64,000 nucleotides of DNA, from NCBI GenBank assembly GCA_030390025.1, contig JASTWF010000350.1, positions 372,001 to 436,000 on the forward strand. Direction: 5' to 3'. A program made the translations under genes and the position numbers. Within the stretch, counting starts at the first letter, position 1. Each line of letters begins with the position of its first letter. This document shows positions 48,184-58,325 of the stretch, in pieces. The notes below the pieces were generated by a model. It saw nothing but the letters and a program-made list of their open reading frames with translations. It made no database searches and was not told where the DNA came from. This DNA comes from Squalus acanthias (lineage: Eukaryota).

Positions 48184-50535
48184 ATGGAACGAATTCTAGT
48201 ATTGCTCGTGGCAATCGGATGTGGATTGGCCTATCGAGGCCGCACCAAGGATGTCGTGGTGTTTGGATGTTCCGGGGACACGGCCCCCATCGCGGTGGAT
48301 GGGACCGGAAGACGGGAGGCAGAGGAGACCAGCACCTATTTCCACAAGGGAAGGTGGCCAGGATGGCTGGGAACGAACTCAACGGAGTATTCTAGCACAT
48401 CGGGGTTTGCCTACAAAGAGACTTCTTTACTGTGCCCCAAAGTAAGGATCATCGCACCCAGGATCAGCGTCACCGTCGGCAAACGGATTTGTTTGACTTG
48501 TAGTGGGAAGGTCCCATTGAGCCGATGGTGGTGGCTGCGAAAGCTGAGCAAAACTATGAGGAACTCTTCGGTCGAGTGGGAACGACTGGGTAATAATACC
48601 CATCGGACAATTACGGGGACAGACGGACAAGTGAAAGTCTGTTGGGACAAATGGTGGGAACCGGATGAGGGAATTTATGTATGTATGTGGGGGTCAAAGT
48701 ACGTTTGCCCCAAAGGCATCTCCATATTTTTTATTAATCAATGGCAGGATAACGGACAGGGGATGAGGTGGGATGCGAGCACCAGGGGGTGCGGAGCCCC
48801 ATTCTCCCCGATCCCAGTAAATGCCACTGAACTCATTACGCGCCCACGCAAAGCCCCGCCCACGATTCCGGTGGTTCTAGCTGAGGAAGAAGGGTGCCCT
48901 AAAACTAGTAAGGGACCCGGGAATGGTTTGGTACTGGTCCCCACAGACCAGATACTATTTCAGGGGGTACATTACGCGGTGGCCTCGGTGATTTTAAATC
49001 TCACCGAGGTGCGGTTACCAGAGTGGTGCCCCAAAAAGACGGAACAGTTGTACCAGGTCCTGTTGACCAAGATGTTCAGACAATTTTACGAATTCGATTT
49101 CGTGGAAATTGATAAAACAAGTTTGTACACCGCACCACAGGAAGTTTTGGATCAAGTAGGGAGGCAAAGAAGGGGTTTGGTGAACGATGCGTTCACTGCT
49201 TTTAACACAGGTACATCTGTAGTCAACGCTCTAGACAGTGTGGAGCTGCAGACCCAGATTAATGGTTTAAAGACACAATTAAAGGACATTCTAACAGATG
49301 AGAATAAAGTGGTAGGGTCGGGTTTACACGAGGACCAAGCCATGACTCTCCATTTAAAGGAAATTATAGCAGAGCTGGAGAAACATGCAAAAACGGTAAA
49401 TGCCCTGATTAGGGAAGATCGGAATGCATCCGATCAAGCTGCGCAGAACGAGGTGTGCGTGCTTTACGGGGCGTGGTTACTGGGCGAGGGCCGCAGTAAT
49501 TTGGAGGATTTAAAACAAGGTTTGGTTCCATCCTGGATAAGTAACAAACACCTGCGGGCGCTCCACCCTTTTCAGAACGCATTAAGCCCGTGCCAGCTCA
49601 GGCTAGCTTCAGAAGCATACCCAGTCCCCGTGGACTGTGGACGATCAAACCATACTATTATGGGAATAGTATTACGTATGCCGGTTTTGGGCGACACAGC
49701 AAAGCCCGCCCCGGTGTATCGGGTAGAGAACATTGGTGTCATTCAGGGGGGAGCCCACATTCGTTATGCAGCGGTTCCACCTTACGTCATCCGCTGGGAG
49801 CAAACGATGACAGGTACAGATCTCTCTGGTTGTCGTGGCAGGGGAGCACACATAATACTGTGCCCCCAGCACTTGAATGCCTTTTTAACACCACAGTGCG
49901 GGTTCAGAACGACTGGCGCCAAGTCCATGAATTGCACCATGGAGGCAATGGCACAAGATCATGTGCCTCCGCAGGTAGCATACATCGGGGGTGGAACATA
50001 TTGTGTTACCACTGCAGCGCAACACTACCAGCATGGAAACCGTAGCCGGTGTCCGGTGAGTGACAGCAGTTTCTGTTTTAAACCCAGGGCGGAAGTTCAA
50101 GTAGCACAACAGCGAATTATCCCAATCCCTGAACCATCCACTGTTCATCTCACAGTAAAAGAGAATTTCACCGACTTGCAGCGATTCGTCGCGCATTTTG
50201 GATACCTCATTCCCCCTCTCCCTGAACACCTCACCAAGCTTTTGAAAGCCGTCGCGGTGTCACAGAAACATTTTTATACATTAGAGCAGAAAACTGTCGA
50301 AATAGGAACAGACATTCTGGATATAGTAGTTCCACCGTGGTGGAATCTGTTCACCAATATTGAAGTACCTTCATGGATCAGAATAGCCTCCCACATTTTA
50401 GTCGTATGCCAAGTTTTCATTGTAGTGTACCTATTGGTTGTACATTGTAAAAGAGACAAACGCCTCACCAAGCATGAAAACACGGGAGAGTGGCGAGAAC
50501 GTTACGTGCGCGTGCCCGATGAAAGCACCGTGTGA
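48184..50535 (+). CDS. env: Env (783 aa): signal peptide, Ig-like domain, furin site, fusion peptide/heptad repeat, Cys-rich region, transmembrane anchor
   Basis: MERILVLLVAIGCGLA signal; ICLTC...W...DEGIYVC; RQRR/GLVNDAFTAFNTGTSVV (49162-); hydrophobic IASHILVVCQVFIVVYLLVV near the C-terminus; several NxS/T sequons; no stops. Confidence 0.9.
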   Translation: MERILVLLVAIGCGLAYRGRTKDVVVFGCSGDTAPIAVDGTGRREAEETSTYFHKGRWPGWLGTNSTEYSSTSGFAYKETSLLCPKVRIIAPRISVTVGKRICLTCSGKVPLSRWWWLRKLSKTMRNSSVEWERLGNNTHRTITGTDGQVKVCWDKWWEPDEGIYVCMWGSKYVCPKGISIFFINQWQDNGQGMRWDASTRGCGAPFSPIPVNATELITRPRKAPPTIPVVLAEEEGCPKTSKGPGNGLVLVPTDQILFQGVHYAVASVILNLTEVRLPEWCPKKTEQLYQVLLTKMFRQFYEFDFVEIDKTSLYTAPQEVLDQVGRQRRGLVNDAFTAFNTGTSVVNALDSVELQTQINGLKTQLKDILTDENKVVGSGLHEDQAMTLHLKEIIAELEKHAKTVNALIREDRNASDQAAQNEVCVLYGAWLLGEGRSNLEDLKQGLVPSWISNKHLRALHPFQNALSPCQLRLASEAYPVPVDCGRSNHTIMGIVLRMPVLGDTAKPAPVYRVENIGVIQGGAHIRYAAVPPYVIRWEQTMTGTDLSGCRGRGAHIILCPQHLNAFLTPQCGFRTTGAKSMNCTMEAMAQDHVPPQVAYIGGGTYCVTTAAQHYQHGNRSRCPVSDSSFCFKPRAEVQVAQQRIIPIPEPSTVHLTVKENFTDLQRFVAHFGYLIPPLPEHLTKLLKAVAVSQKHFYTLEQKTVEIGTDILDIVVPPWWNLFTNIEVPSWIRIASHILVVCQVFIVVYLLVVHCKRDKRLTKHENTGEWRERYVRVPDESTV

Positions 50536-50972
50536 TCGGAAAATGGCGTCACTCCCGCTCGCCACGTGCGCCGCGGAAGTTTGTACTCGATAATGATTTT
50601 CAAAGACTGTAAATACGTTTGGAACTCGACATGTTAAGAGTTGGTGTTGATTATTTTTGGTGATGGTGTTATAGTTAAAAATGATTGTTTGGTTTTGGGT
50701 TCTGTTTCTCCTTTCCCTGAATAAAAGACGAATATACAGGTGATACGAGAGGCATCGGCCTGGTTACGCCGGGAAGGAAAACAAGTGGTGTAAGTTTAAG
50801 GGCAAATAATGCCTACGGTGATATAAAATGTAATTTTCTTGGGAAATGAGGACGACACAGAGACCCTAGCTAAGTTAAAATTATGGGATTAATTTACTGG
50901 ATTCGGAGAGAAATCGAGATAATATTGCTCACCACTATGATTTTTGATACGATAAGCGGAGTTATTCGCATC

Positions 50973-50984
50973 AACAGGAGGGAC
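50973..50984 (+). promoter_or_regulatory. Polypurine tract
   Basis: AACAGGAGGGAC immediately before the TG of the 3' LTR. Confidence 0.75.
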
Positions 50985-52716
50985 TGTAGAATTCGCAATA
51001 TATCGCGATTTTATTAATAAGGAGAAAACACAAAGTTTCGTTCAAACAGCTTTTATTTCAGTAGAATGCTGGCAGGTTTAAAGTGGACACAAGCAGCCTG
51101 TAAAATGGCCGCCGCACCTCGTGACAGAACATTCTAGACTTTTCAACAGGCAGACAAGATGGCGTTCCAATAAACATTTGTGCAAGATCGATTAAGATTC
51201 AGCACAGTGAAGATAATACACGAGACATTATGGGTTTGCAGTATACACATAGATACTGAAATCGGTCTCCCAGGTACAAAGGAAAGCCATTGTACCGAGT
51301 AATCAAGGGCCCATCCAAAAGACATTAATATGTAAAATCCCAACGACTCTACGATGAGAGAGCCGTTAGCAGGTAGTTATACAGGACACTTGGAAGCCCC
51401 AAACCCCTCCAGGGAGAACACCGACCGATTTAACAATGGGAGAAATATTAACAGGTACTCAGACATTTACGAGTAGCCCCGAAACCCATTAAGAACGGAG
51501 ATCACCCATACAAGACATTTGAGCGCCAAACCCTAAACAAAAGAATGGACATTATAGTTGGGCGGGAAACGGAAGATTTTGCACTATAATTGCAGGCTCC
51601 AAACCGTCCAGCTTTCTCTTGCTCTTGCTCGCTCGTGCTCGTTCTGGCTGCTCCTGTGCTCTTATCCTGTGCTCTTATTTCGTAACCTCGTGGCTGCTCC
51701 TGTGTACTCGTAGTTGGGCTTCTGCTTGCCTGTTGCCTCTTCTGAAAAGACTGTTGAACTTTCTGATCCGTTCGGATCTACCTCGTGTCGCGTAACGAAG
51801 ACCTATGTTGGCAACTGGCAGCGGAACCGAAGGCCCGAGATGAGATGAGATGAGATGAGATGAGATGAGAAGAGAGGAAGACCATATCCATCGCCACGGT
51901 CAGTAAATCCCGACCGCGCCTGTAGGTCGATTATCCACGTTTTCCTCGCTGGGAAGACTTCTTCGAACTTATAACGAAACATATTGCATCGATGATAACT
52001 GGATTGTGCCCAAAGTAACTGGAATGTGAAAGCCATATCGTATCGACGATATCGACAACTGTGCTCGAAGAGTACCTGTTAAACCAACCAACACAGGTCT
52101 TCATCACAGCAGACGGTCCAGCCTGCTAGCCGGAGCAGCAGAAGCAAGTAAACAAGTGGGACCAGGAGATCTCCTGACCGACACGTGGGTGCTGCGGTGA
52201 AAAACATCCGATCAGCTATTCGGAATTTCTCCGAGTTATCACGAGTGGTGAGCATGAGTCTCGAAATCCTACGAATCTAGTTTAGGATAGATATTGATAG
52301 GGGAGGGTTTAAGGATTAAGGATATTTGTAATGTGTGCCCCTATTTACTTTGTGCCGTTCGTTCCTCGTTTCCCTAAGATCGACTATATAACTGTTTGTA
52401 AGATTGTACTGTCATTAATCTGTGCTTATGACATGTATTTCATAATCTTAAGTATCATGCAATAAAGATTTTCCATTTCGTACCATTCAAACCAAGTCTA
52501 CATGAGTTTCATCTCCATTACTGCTCTCGCATCTAAGTCCAGTGTCTAGAACCGTAAGGGAGAGTGATTCGAACCACTCACAGGTGTGTCTAGTGTTCCC
52601 AGACTGGCTGGAGACCAGAACAGGCAACAAGGCCTAGACCCGCACTGACATACAGGCTGCACAGAGCCGCGTGAATCTCACAGGCTGCGAGACACGCAGG
52701 GTCAGAATCCCTTACA
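50985..52716 (+). repeat. 3' LTR (1732 bp)
   Basis: Direct repeat of 39855-41586 at offset 11130. Confidence 0.97.
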
Positions 52717-52720
52717 CAGC

Positions 52721-52955
52721 GGAGTTATTCCTGGTGTCCAGGGCCAATATTTATCCCTCAACCAATATCACTAAATCAGATTATCTGGTTATTAGCCCAT
52801 TGCTGTTTGTGGGACCTTGCTGTGTGCAAATTGGCTGCCGTGTTTCCCACATTACAACAGTGACTACACTTCAAAAGTACTTCATTGGCTGTAAAGCGCT
52901 TTGAGATGTCCGGTGGTCATGAAAGGAGCTATAGAAATGCAAGTCTTTCTTTCTT
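52721..52955 (+). mobile_element. Deu-domain SINE, 3' half
   Basis: ggagttattcctggtgtccagggccaatatttatccctcaacc...gtaaagcgctttg...aaatgcaagtctttc continues the SINE broken at 39854. Confidence 0.85.
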
Positions 52956-53057
52956 TAGTAGCTTTTCATGTGAGGCTAACCATTCTGCACTAAACTGGCT
53001 TAACATTTTTCCTTTTTTTGACCAGGATGACTGCTCATCAACCTCAGTTCATCGACA

Positions 53058-53780
53058 GAGACCCTGATAGTTACAGGGAGGCGGGTAGTGTGTGGGGGAG
53101 CGTGGTAACCCGGGGAAAGCCCGTCGAGGCCAGTGACGCGGCAGTTCTGCCAAATTTAACGGTAGGGCCACGTTACAATTTTTTCTACCGTTTCGCGGCC
53201 GGCAGCCAGTCAAATTGACAGGTTGGAAAACCAGAGGCAGGAGGCTGGAACCGGGGACCCTTGGGGACGGTCTCCGGTAATCGGGATCACAGGGCAGGCT
53301 GCAGATCATGGCGGGGTGGGCGGTAGGGCGGAGTCTGGGGGGGGAGGTCGACAATTGCGGCAGGGGGGGGAGCGAGGGAGGCCTCAATTGGCAGATAGGA
53401 GGCCGAAGGTTTCTTTGAGGGGATAGGGTGAGCACTCCTGCTCCTCCTGGCCCACACGGAATGCTGTAAAAGGCACTTACCTGCTTGATCCGCCTGCTCC
53501 CGCCTTCCTTTTGCTGCCGGGTTTCCCGAGCCCTGGGAAACCCATGCAGCAACTGTTGAATTTAAGTCAGGCTCCCAATTGCAATGTGGGAGCCTGATAT
53601 AAAGTGTTAATGAATTGTCCAACAGGATACTCGCACGACATGAAATCCGCCGGCGCAAAAATGTTAACTGGCGCGCACGCGGCGGGTTGAGGGCACGTAC
53701 CCCATTTTTTAGGATTTAACCCTCCCTGACCCTTACCTGCTCGTCGTGTGGCGGGGGGGGGGGGGATTAATATTGAGGCC
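53058..53780. mobile_element. GC-rich putative non-autonomous DNA transposon (old MITE)
   Basis: Sharp GC-rich block ending AATATTGAGGCC, an end resembling the 744-bp MITE termini; internal inverted segments and CACTTACCTG. Left TIR is degenerate and the TSD is uncertain. Confidence 0.45.
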
Positions 53781-53829
53781 ACAATTCTCGTTTCCAGAGA
53801 ATTTTAGAAAATTATGGAATGACCTGTTA

Positions 53830-54170
53830 TTTCATCAATAAAAGGTGTTGACCGCCTGAACTCAGTTACTTATCAATGCTAAGTCACATTACCCCTTTTC
53901 AATATTTATCTCCAGTAGTTGTTCCTCTGGAACTCCTACAATCCTTGCTCCTCCCCCCTTTGTAAATGCGGAGGTGAAGTACTTGTTGTTCTTTCATTAT
54001 CGAGTCAGGAATATTTAGTTCCTAGTGTTGGCGTGGCTGAAGCCAAGTTTCTGTCAAAGCTACACTTCCCATAGAAATGAATGTTTCTAGTTCTGCAATT
54101 TTATCTCTGAATTGTTCACCCAGGGCCAGGCGACTCTGAATATGTTTCACCCAGTTTTCTCCTCTCTTTG
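53830..54170 (-). mobile_element. Old CR1 endonuclease relic
   Basis: Minus strand translates IRDKIAELETFISMGSVALTETWLQP..*ELNIP. Confidence 0.6.
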
Positions 54171-54885
54171 TTTCACAACAAGAGCATTGGGACAAGTCAC
54201 TCGGGATTCAGGACAGATCCAAGCTGATTGGAATATCTCATGGCAGGTTGATACTGTTCCAGTTGTGTTGAGCAGGGCTCCAAATGCTTAAAGTGTTCTT
54301 ACAAACAGGGCTGCAGAATGCAAGACCTGCACAGACACAATTTCTTCTCCCCTTTTACGGAAATTATGCCGAGTATTTCCTGAAATCTCTCATTTTAGTT
54401 TGCAGCCTCTCCTGGTGGCTGACTGTAAGAGAGGTACTGGCCGAGGTTTGGGTTCAAATTCTCTTGGTCAGGAAATCGTGGGTGGCTCCACTAAGAGCAC
54501 GAACAATCGAAAATGAGCGATGCTCCTTACACACAAAGAGTGGCAGCTGGGTGAGATGTCAGAGAGCGCCCGACACCAGTGGAACTGAACTTCAACACGT
54601 GTTCACCAGCTTCAGAAAGGGAAAAAAGCAGACTGCTTAAAATATAGAACAACAGCGACACTCAGTGGCTAGTCGTTGCATTGTCATTGCTGCTTCCGTG
54701 ATAATCCAAATCAGGTCAGCCCGAGCACCAATTGAGGAACTACAGAGGAGAAACGTCGGCCAGGGTTCCTGCTCCTGACAGCAGTCCAGTACCTCCTCCT
54801 TGAAAGTAGTTGAGGCGAACAGCATAGATGTATTTAAGGGGAAGCTAGATAAGTACAGAGGGAGAAAGGAATAAAAAGATATGCT

Positions 54886-56168
54886 AAATAACAACAGAAA
54901 ACGCTGGAAAAACTCAGCAGGCCAGGCAGCATCCGTGGAGAGAGAAAGAGAGTTAACGTTTCAGGTCGATGACCTTTCATCAGAACTGGGAAGAGCCGGA
55001 AATCAAATAGATTTAAGGCCAGGGGAAAGCTGGGAAAAGGGGGAGGGGATAAAGGAACAAAGGGGGAGATGAAGAGACATTAAGAGACATTAAGAGATAT
55101 GCAAGGCTAGAGGTGGTGTTAATGTGACAGATTAAGGCTGAATGAAGTGTGAAATCCACTGGCAGAATGAAGGACAGCTGCCAGCTTCTAGGAGGAAAAA
55201 AAAGGTGGGGGGGGACAAATAAAAGGGTGGATAAAATAAAATATAAATGTGATTGGAGCTGAGGTTATGATCTAAAATTGTTGAACTCGATATTGAGTCC
55301 AGAGGGCTGTAGCGTGCCTAAACGAAAGATGAGGTGCTGTTCCTCGAGCTTACGCTGAGCTTCCGTGGAACAGTGTAATAGGCCGAGGACGGTGAGGTCA
55401 GAGTGGGAGTGAAGCGGTGAATTAAAGTGACAGGCCACCGGGAGCTCGGGGTCCCCCTTACGGACTGAACAGAGGTGTTCCGCAAAGCGGTCACCCAATC
55501 TGCGTTTGGTCTCCCCAATGTAGAGGAGTCCACATCGTGAGCAGCGAATACAGTATACTAAATTGCAGGAAGTACAAGTAAATCGCTGTTTCACCTGGAA
55601 GGGGTGTTTGGGGCCCTGGACAGTGGGAAGAGGGGAGGTATAAGGGCATGTGTTGCATCTCCTGCGCGTGCACGGGAAGGTGCCGGGCGAAGGGGAAGGG
55701 GTGCTGGGGGTGGTAGAGGAGTGGACTAGGGTGTCGCGGAGGGAGCGGTCCCTACGGAATGCTGAAAGGGGAGGTGAGGGGAAGATGTGTTTGGTGGTGG
55801 GATCACGCTGGAGGTGGCGGAAATGGCGGAGGATGATCCGTTGCATGTGGAGGCTGGTGGGGTGAAAGGTGAGGACAAGGGGAACCCTATCGTGGTTCCG
55901 GGAGGGAGGGGCAGGGGTGAGGGCAGATGTGCGGGAGATAGAACGGACACGGTCGAGGGCCGTGTCGACCACGGTAGAGGGGAATCCTCGGTTGAGGAAA
56001 AAGGAAGACATGTCGGAAGCACTGGTATGGAAGGTGGCATCATCAGAGCAGATGCGGCGGAGACGGAGAAACTGGGAGAATGGAATAGAGTCCTTACAGG
56101 AGGCGGGGTGGGAGGAAGTGTAGTCCAGGTAGCTGTGGGAGTCGGTGGGCTTGTAGTGAATGTTAGTC
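54886..56168 (-). mobile_element. 5'-truncated Penelope-like element; ORF 56170-55265 (RT C-terminus + GIY-YIG endonuclease)
   Basis: YKPTDSHSYLDYTSSHP...SQFLRLRRICS; VYCIRCSRCGLLYIGETKRRLGDRFAEH...GLN; ATGCT repeated at both flanks (54881-54885, 56169-56173). Confidence 0.92.
54951..54987 (-). ncRNA. Minimal type I hammerhead ribozyme motif of the Penelope terminal repeat
   Basis: Minus strand AGTT-CTGATGA-A-AGGTC-ATC-GACCT-GAAAC-GTT-AACT: intact CUGAUGA and GAAA boxes, 5-bp stem II, stem I AGTT/AACT, palindromic stem III. Confidence 0.75.
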
Positions 56169-56191
56169 ATGCTGATAGGGTTAGATGAAGA

Positions 56192-56957
56192 CGACGAAGT
56201 CCAACACTGCCTTCAGTGTGCCAGTGCAGCCTTCGGTCGCTTGAGGAAGAGAGTGTTTGAAGACCAGGACCTCAAACCCGGCACTAAGCTCATGGTCTAC
56301 AGAGCAGCAGTGATACCCGCCCTGCTGTATGCCTCAGAGACATGGACCAGAGACATGAGACAGGCACCTCAAATCACTGGAGAGGTACCACCAACGCTGC
56401 CTCCGCAAGATCCTGCAAATCCATTGGCAGGATAGGCACACCAACGTCAGTGTTCTTGCTCAGGCCAACATCCCCAGCATCGAAGCTTTGACCACGCTCG
56501 ATCAGCTCCGATGGACGAGTCACATTGTCCGCATGCCCGATACGAGACTCCCAAAACAAGCGCTCTACTCGGAGCTCCGGCACGGCAAGACAGCCCCAGG
56601 TGGGCAGAGGAAACGCTTCAAGGACACCCTCAAAGCCTCCTTGAAAAAGTGCAACATCCCCACCGACACCTGGGAATCCCTGGCCCAAGACCGCACAAAG
56701 TGGAGGAGAAGCATCCGGGAAGGCGCCGAACACCTCGAGTCTCTTCGCCGGGAGCAAGCGGAAGCCAAGCGCAAACAGTGGAAGGAGCGCACGTCAACCC
56801 AAGCACCCCACCCACCCGCCCCTTCAACCACAGTCTGCCCCACCTGTGACAGAGACTGTAGGTCCCGCATTGGACTCATCAGTCACCTGAGAACTCATTT
56901 TTAATGTGGAAGCAAGTCATCCTCAGTTCCGAGGGACTGCCTAAGAAGGAGAAGAAG
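56192..56957 (+). mobile_element. 5'-truncated RTE (BovB-like) LINE
   Basis: ASAAFGRLRKRVF..TKLMVYRAAVIPALLYASETW; QLRW..HIVRMPDTRLPKQALY; C-terminal CPTC..H..TH; (GAA)n tail; AGATGAAGA TSD at 56183-56191 / 56958-56966. Confidence 0.9.
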
Positions 56958-57059
56958 AGATGAAGAGGGGTGGGAGGAGGCTCGTGTGGAGCATAAACAC
57001 CGGTAGAATGGCCTGTTTCTATGCTGTATATTCTATGTATGTAATTCTATGCATGTGTG

Positions 57060-57660
57060 TGCTTCTCATTACCAAGTCCTCTGGTACCTTGTCCTCATTT
57101 GAGCATCTCTACTTGTTCCACCCTACTGCCTCTCATTTAAAGTCCTTCTTATCCTGCCATCCTCCCAACGCAACCATGAATTCCTCGCTGAGATCTCCCC
57201 CTTTTAGTCTCTCTAGCAAACAACTCTTTACCTTTGGTGACTTCAATCTACACCTAAATTATCCCTGTCCACTTCTCCTTAGACTTCTCTACTCTCCTAT
57301 TCAATTCAACTTCAATTTGTACATAAACTTCCCGGCCCACACATGACCACTTCCATGTCTGTGCCATTATGCAAGGCCAGACTGTACCCAAGGTTATGTT
57401 TTTTGACAAATCCATCTGTGGTTGCTTCCTTGTCTTTCTAACCATCTACATCCCCCTTCCACCTCATAAACCCACAATCCTTTCATCAAATCCCTGGAGA
57501 AAGCTTCTTCCATCATTCTCTTCAACAAACTCTCTAACTCCTAATTCCATCACCTCTATCTCTCCACCCACTGCTGCCTCTGCCGTTGATGCCCTGACCC
57601 TCACCACGTCCCTCACAGTCTCGCAGCCCTGCTGTTTTTCAGCACAGTTATCACTTCTGT
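57060..57660 (+). mobile_element. Decayed L2-like endonuclease region
   Basis: SSFEHL...FGDFNLHLN...PAHT in pyrimidine-rich, L2-like composition. Confidence 0.5.
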
Positions 57661-57693
57661 TGCCCTCAAGTCTGAGGTCACAGGCATGGCACA

Positions 57694-58140
57694 GGCAACA
57701 CGGTGGCATAGTGGTTAGCACTGGTGCCTCACAGCGCGAGGGACCCGGGTTCGAATCTGGCCTCGGGTGACTGTCTGTGTGGAGTTTGCACATTCTCCTC
57801 GTGTCTGCGTGGGTTTCCTCTGGGTGCTCCGGTTTCCTCCCACAGTCCAAAAATGTGTGGGTTAGGTTGATTTGGCTATGATAAATTGACCCTTAGTGTT
57901 AGGGGGGGATTAAATATGTAGGGTTACGGGGATAGGATGGGATATGTTAGGGGGAATTAAATACGTGGGGTTACGGGGATAGGGTGGGATATGTGTCGGT
58001 GCAGGCTCGATGGGGATTCTGTGTGAGAAAGCAGGGACAGGGTAGTGGATTTGGATGATCAGCCATGATCGTATTGAATGGCGGAGCAGGCTCGACGGGC
58101 CGAATGGCCTACTCCTGCTCCTAGTCTCGATGTTTCTATG
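57694..58140 (+). mobile_element. Full-length HE1/V-SINE-like SINE
   Basis: tRNA head (TGGCATAGTGG A box, GGTTCGAATC B box), V-domain-like tgtggagtttgcacattctcc..gtgtctgcgtgggtttcctc..ggtgctccggtttcctcccaca, CR1-type 3' tail ending tttctatg. Confidence 0.9.
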
Positions 58141-58325
58141 AGCACAGCAGGCGCATGACTGGCCTGATCATCCATTAGCTGATCTAGTGGACCTTTCGGG
58201 TATGGTAGCCTAGTGGTTATGGTACATGAACTAAACAACCAAGAGGTTGTGAGTTCAAATCCCACCATGGTCAAGTTATGAACACCAGGAAAATAAATTG
58301 TCACAACTCAACTGGTTCACTACAT

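Larger units (their letters stand above)
39855..52716 (+). mobile_element. Full-length endogenous retrovirus-like provirus (LTR-gag-pol-env-LTR), lokiretrovirus-like architecture
   Basis: Two 1732-bp direct repeats with TG...CA ends, CAGC TSD (39851-39854 / 52717-52720), PBS, PPT, and gag, PR-RT-tether-RH-IN, env. The provirus call is firm; the lineage call is inferred. Confidence 0.95.
54800..57052 (+). mobile_element. CR1 3' end split into three pieces (54800-54885, 56169-56191, 56958-57052) by two nested insertions
   Basis: The pieces rejoin as ...aaagatatgctgatagggttagatgaagaggggtgggaggaggctcgtgtggagc...ttctatg. Confidence 0.75.

Noticed and set aside
50539..50562. Second PBS-like GAAAATGGCG after env
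   Set aside because: It is not adjacent to an LTR end and only a short match; more likely a YY1-type motif or chance.
57694..57770. tRNA-like sequences with A and B boxes (also 39675-39735, 58200-58270)
   Set aside because: They are SINE heads or head fragments and do not form complete cloverleaf tRNA genes.
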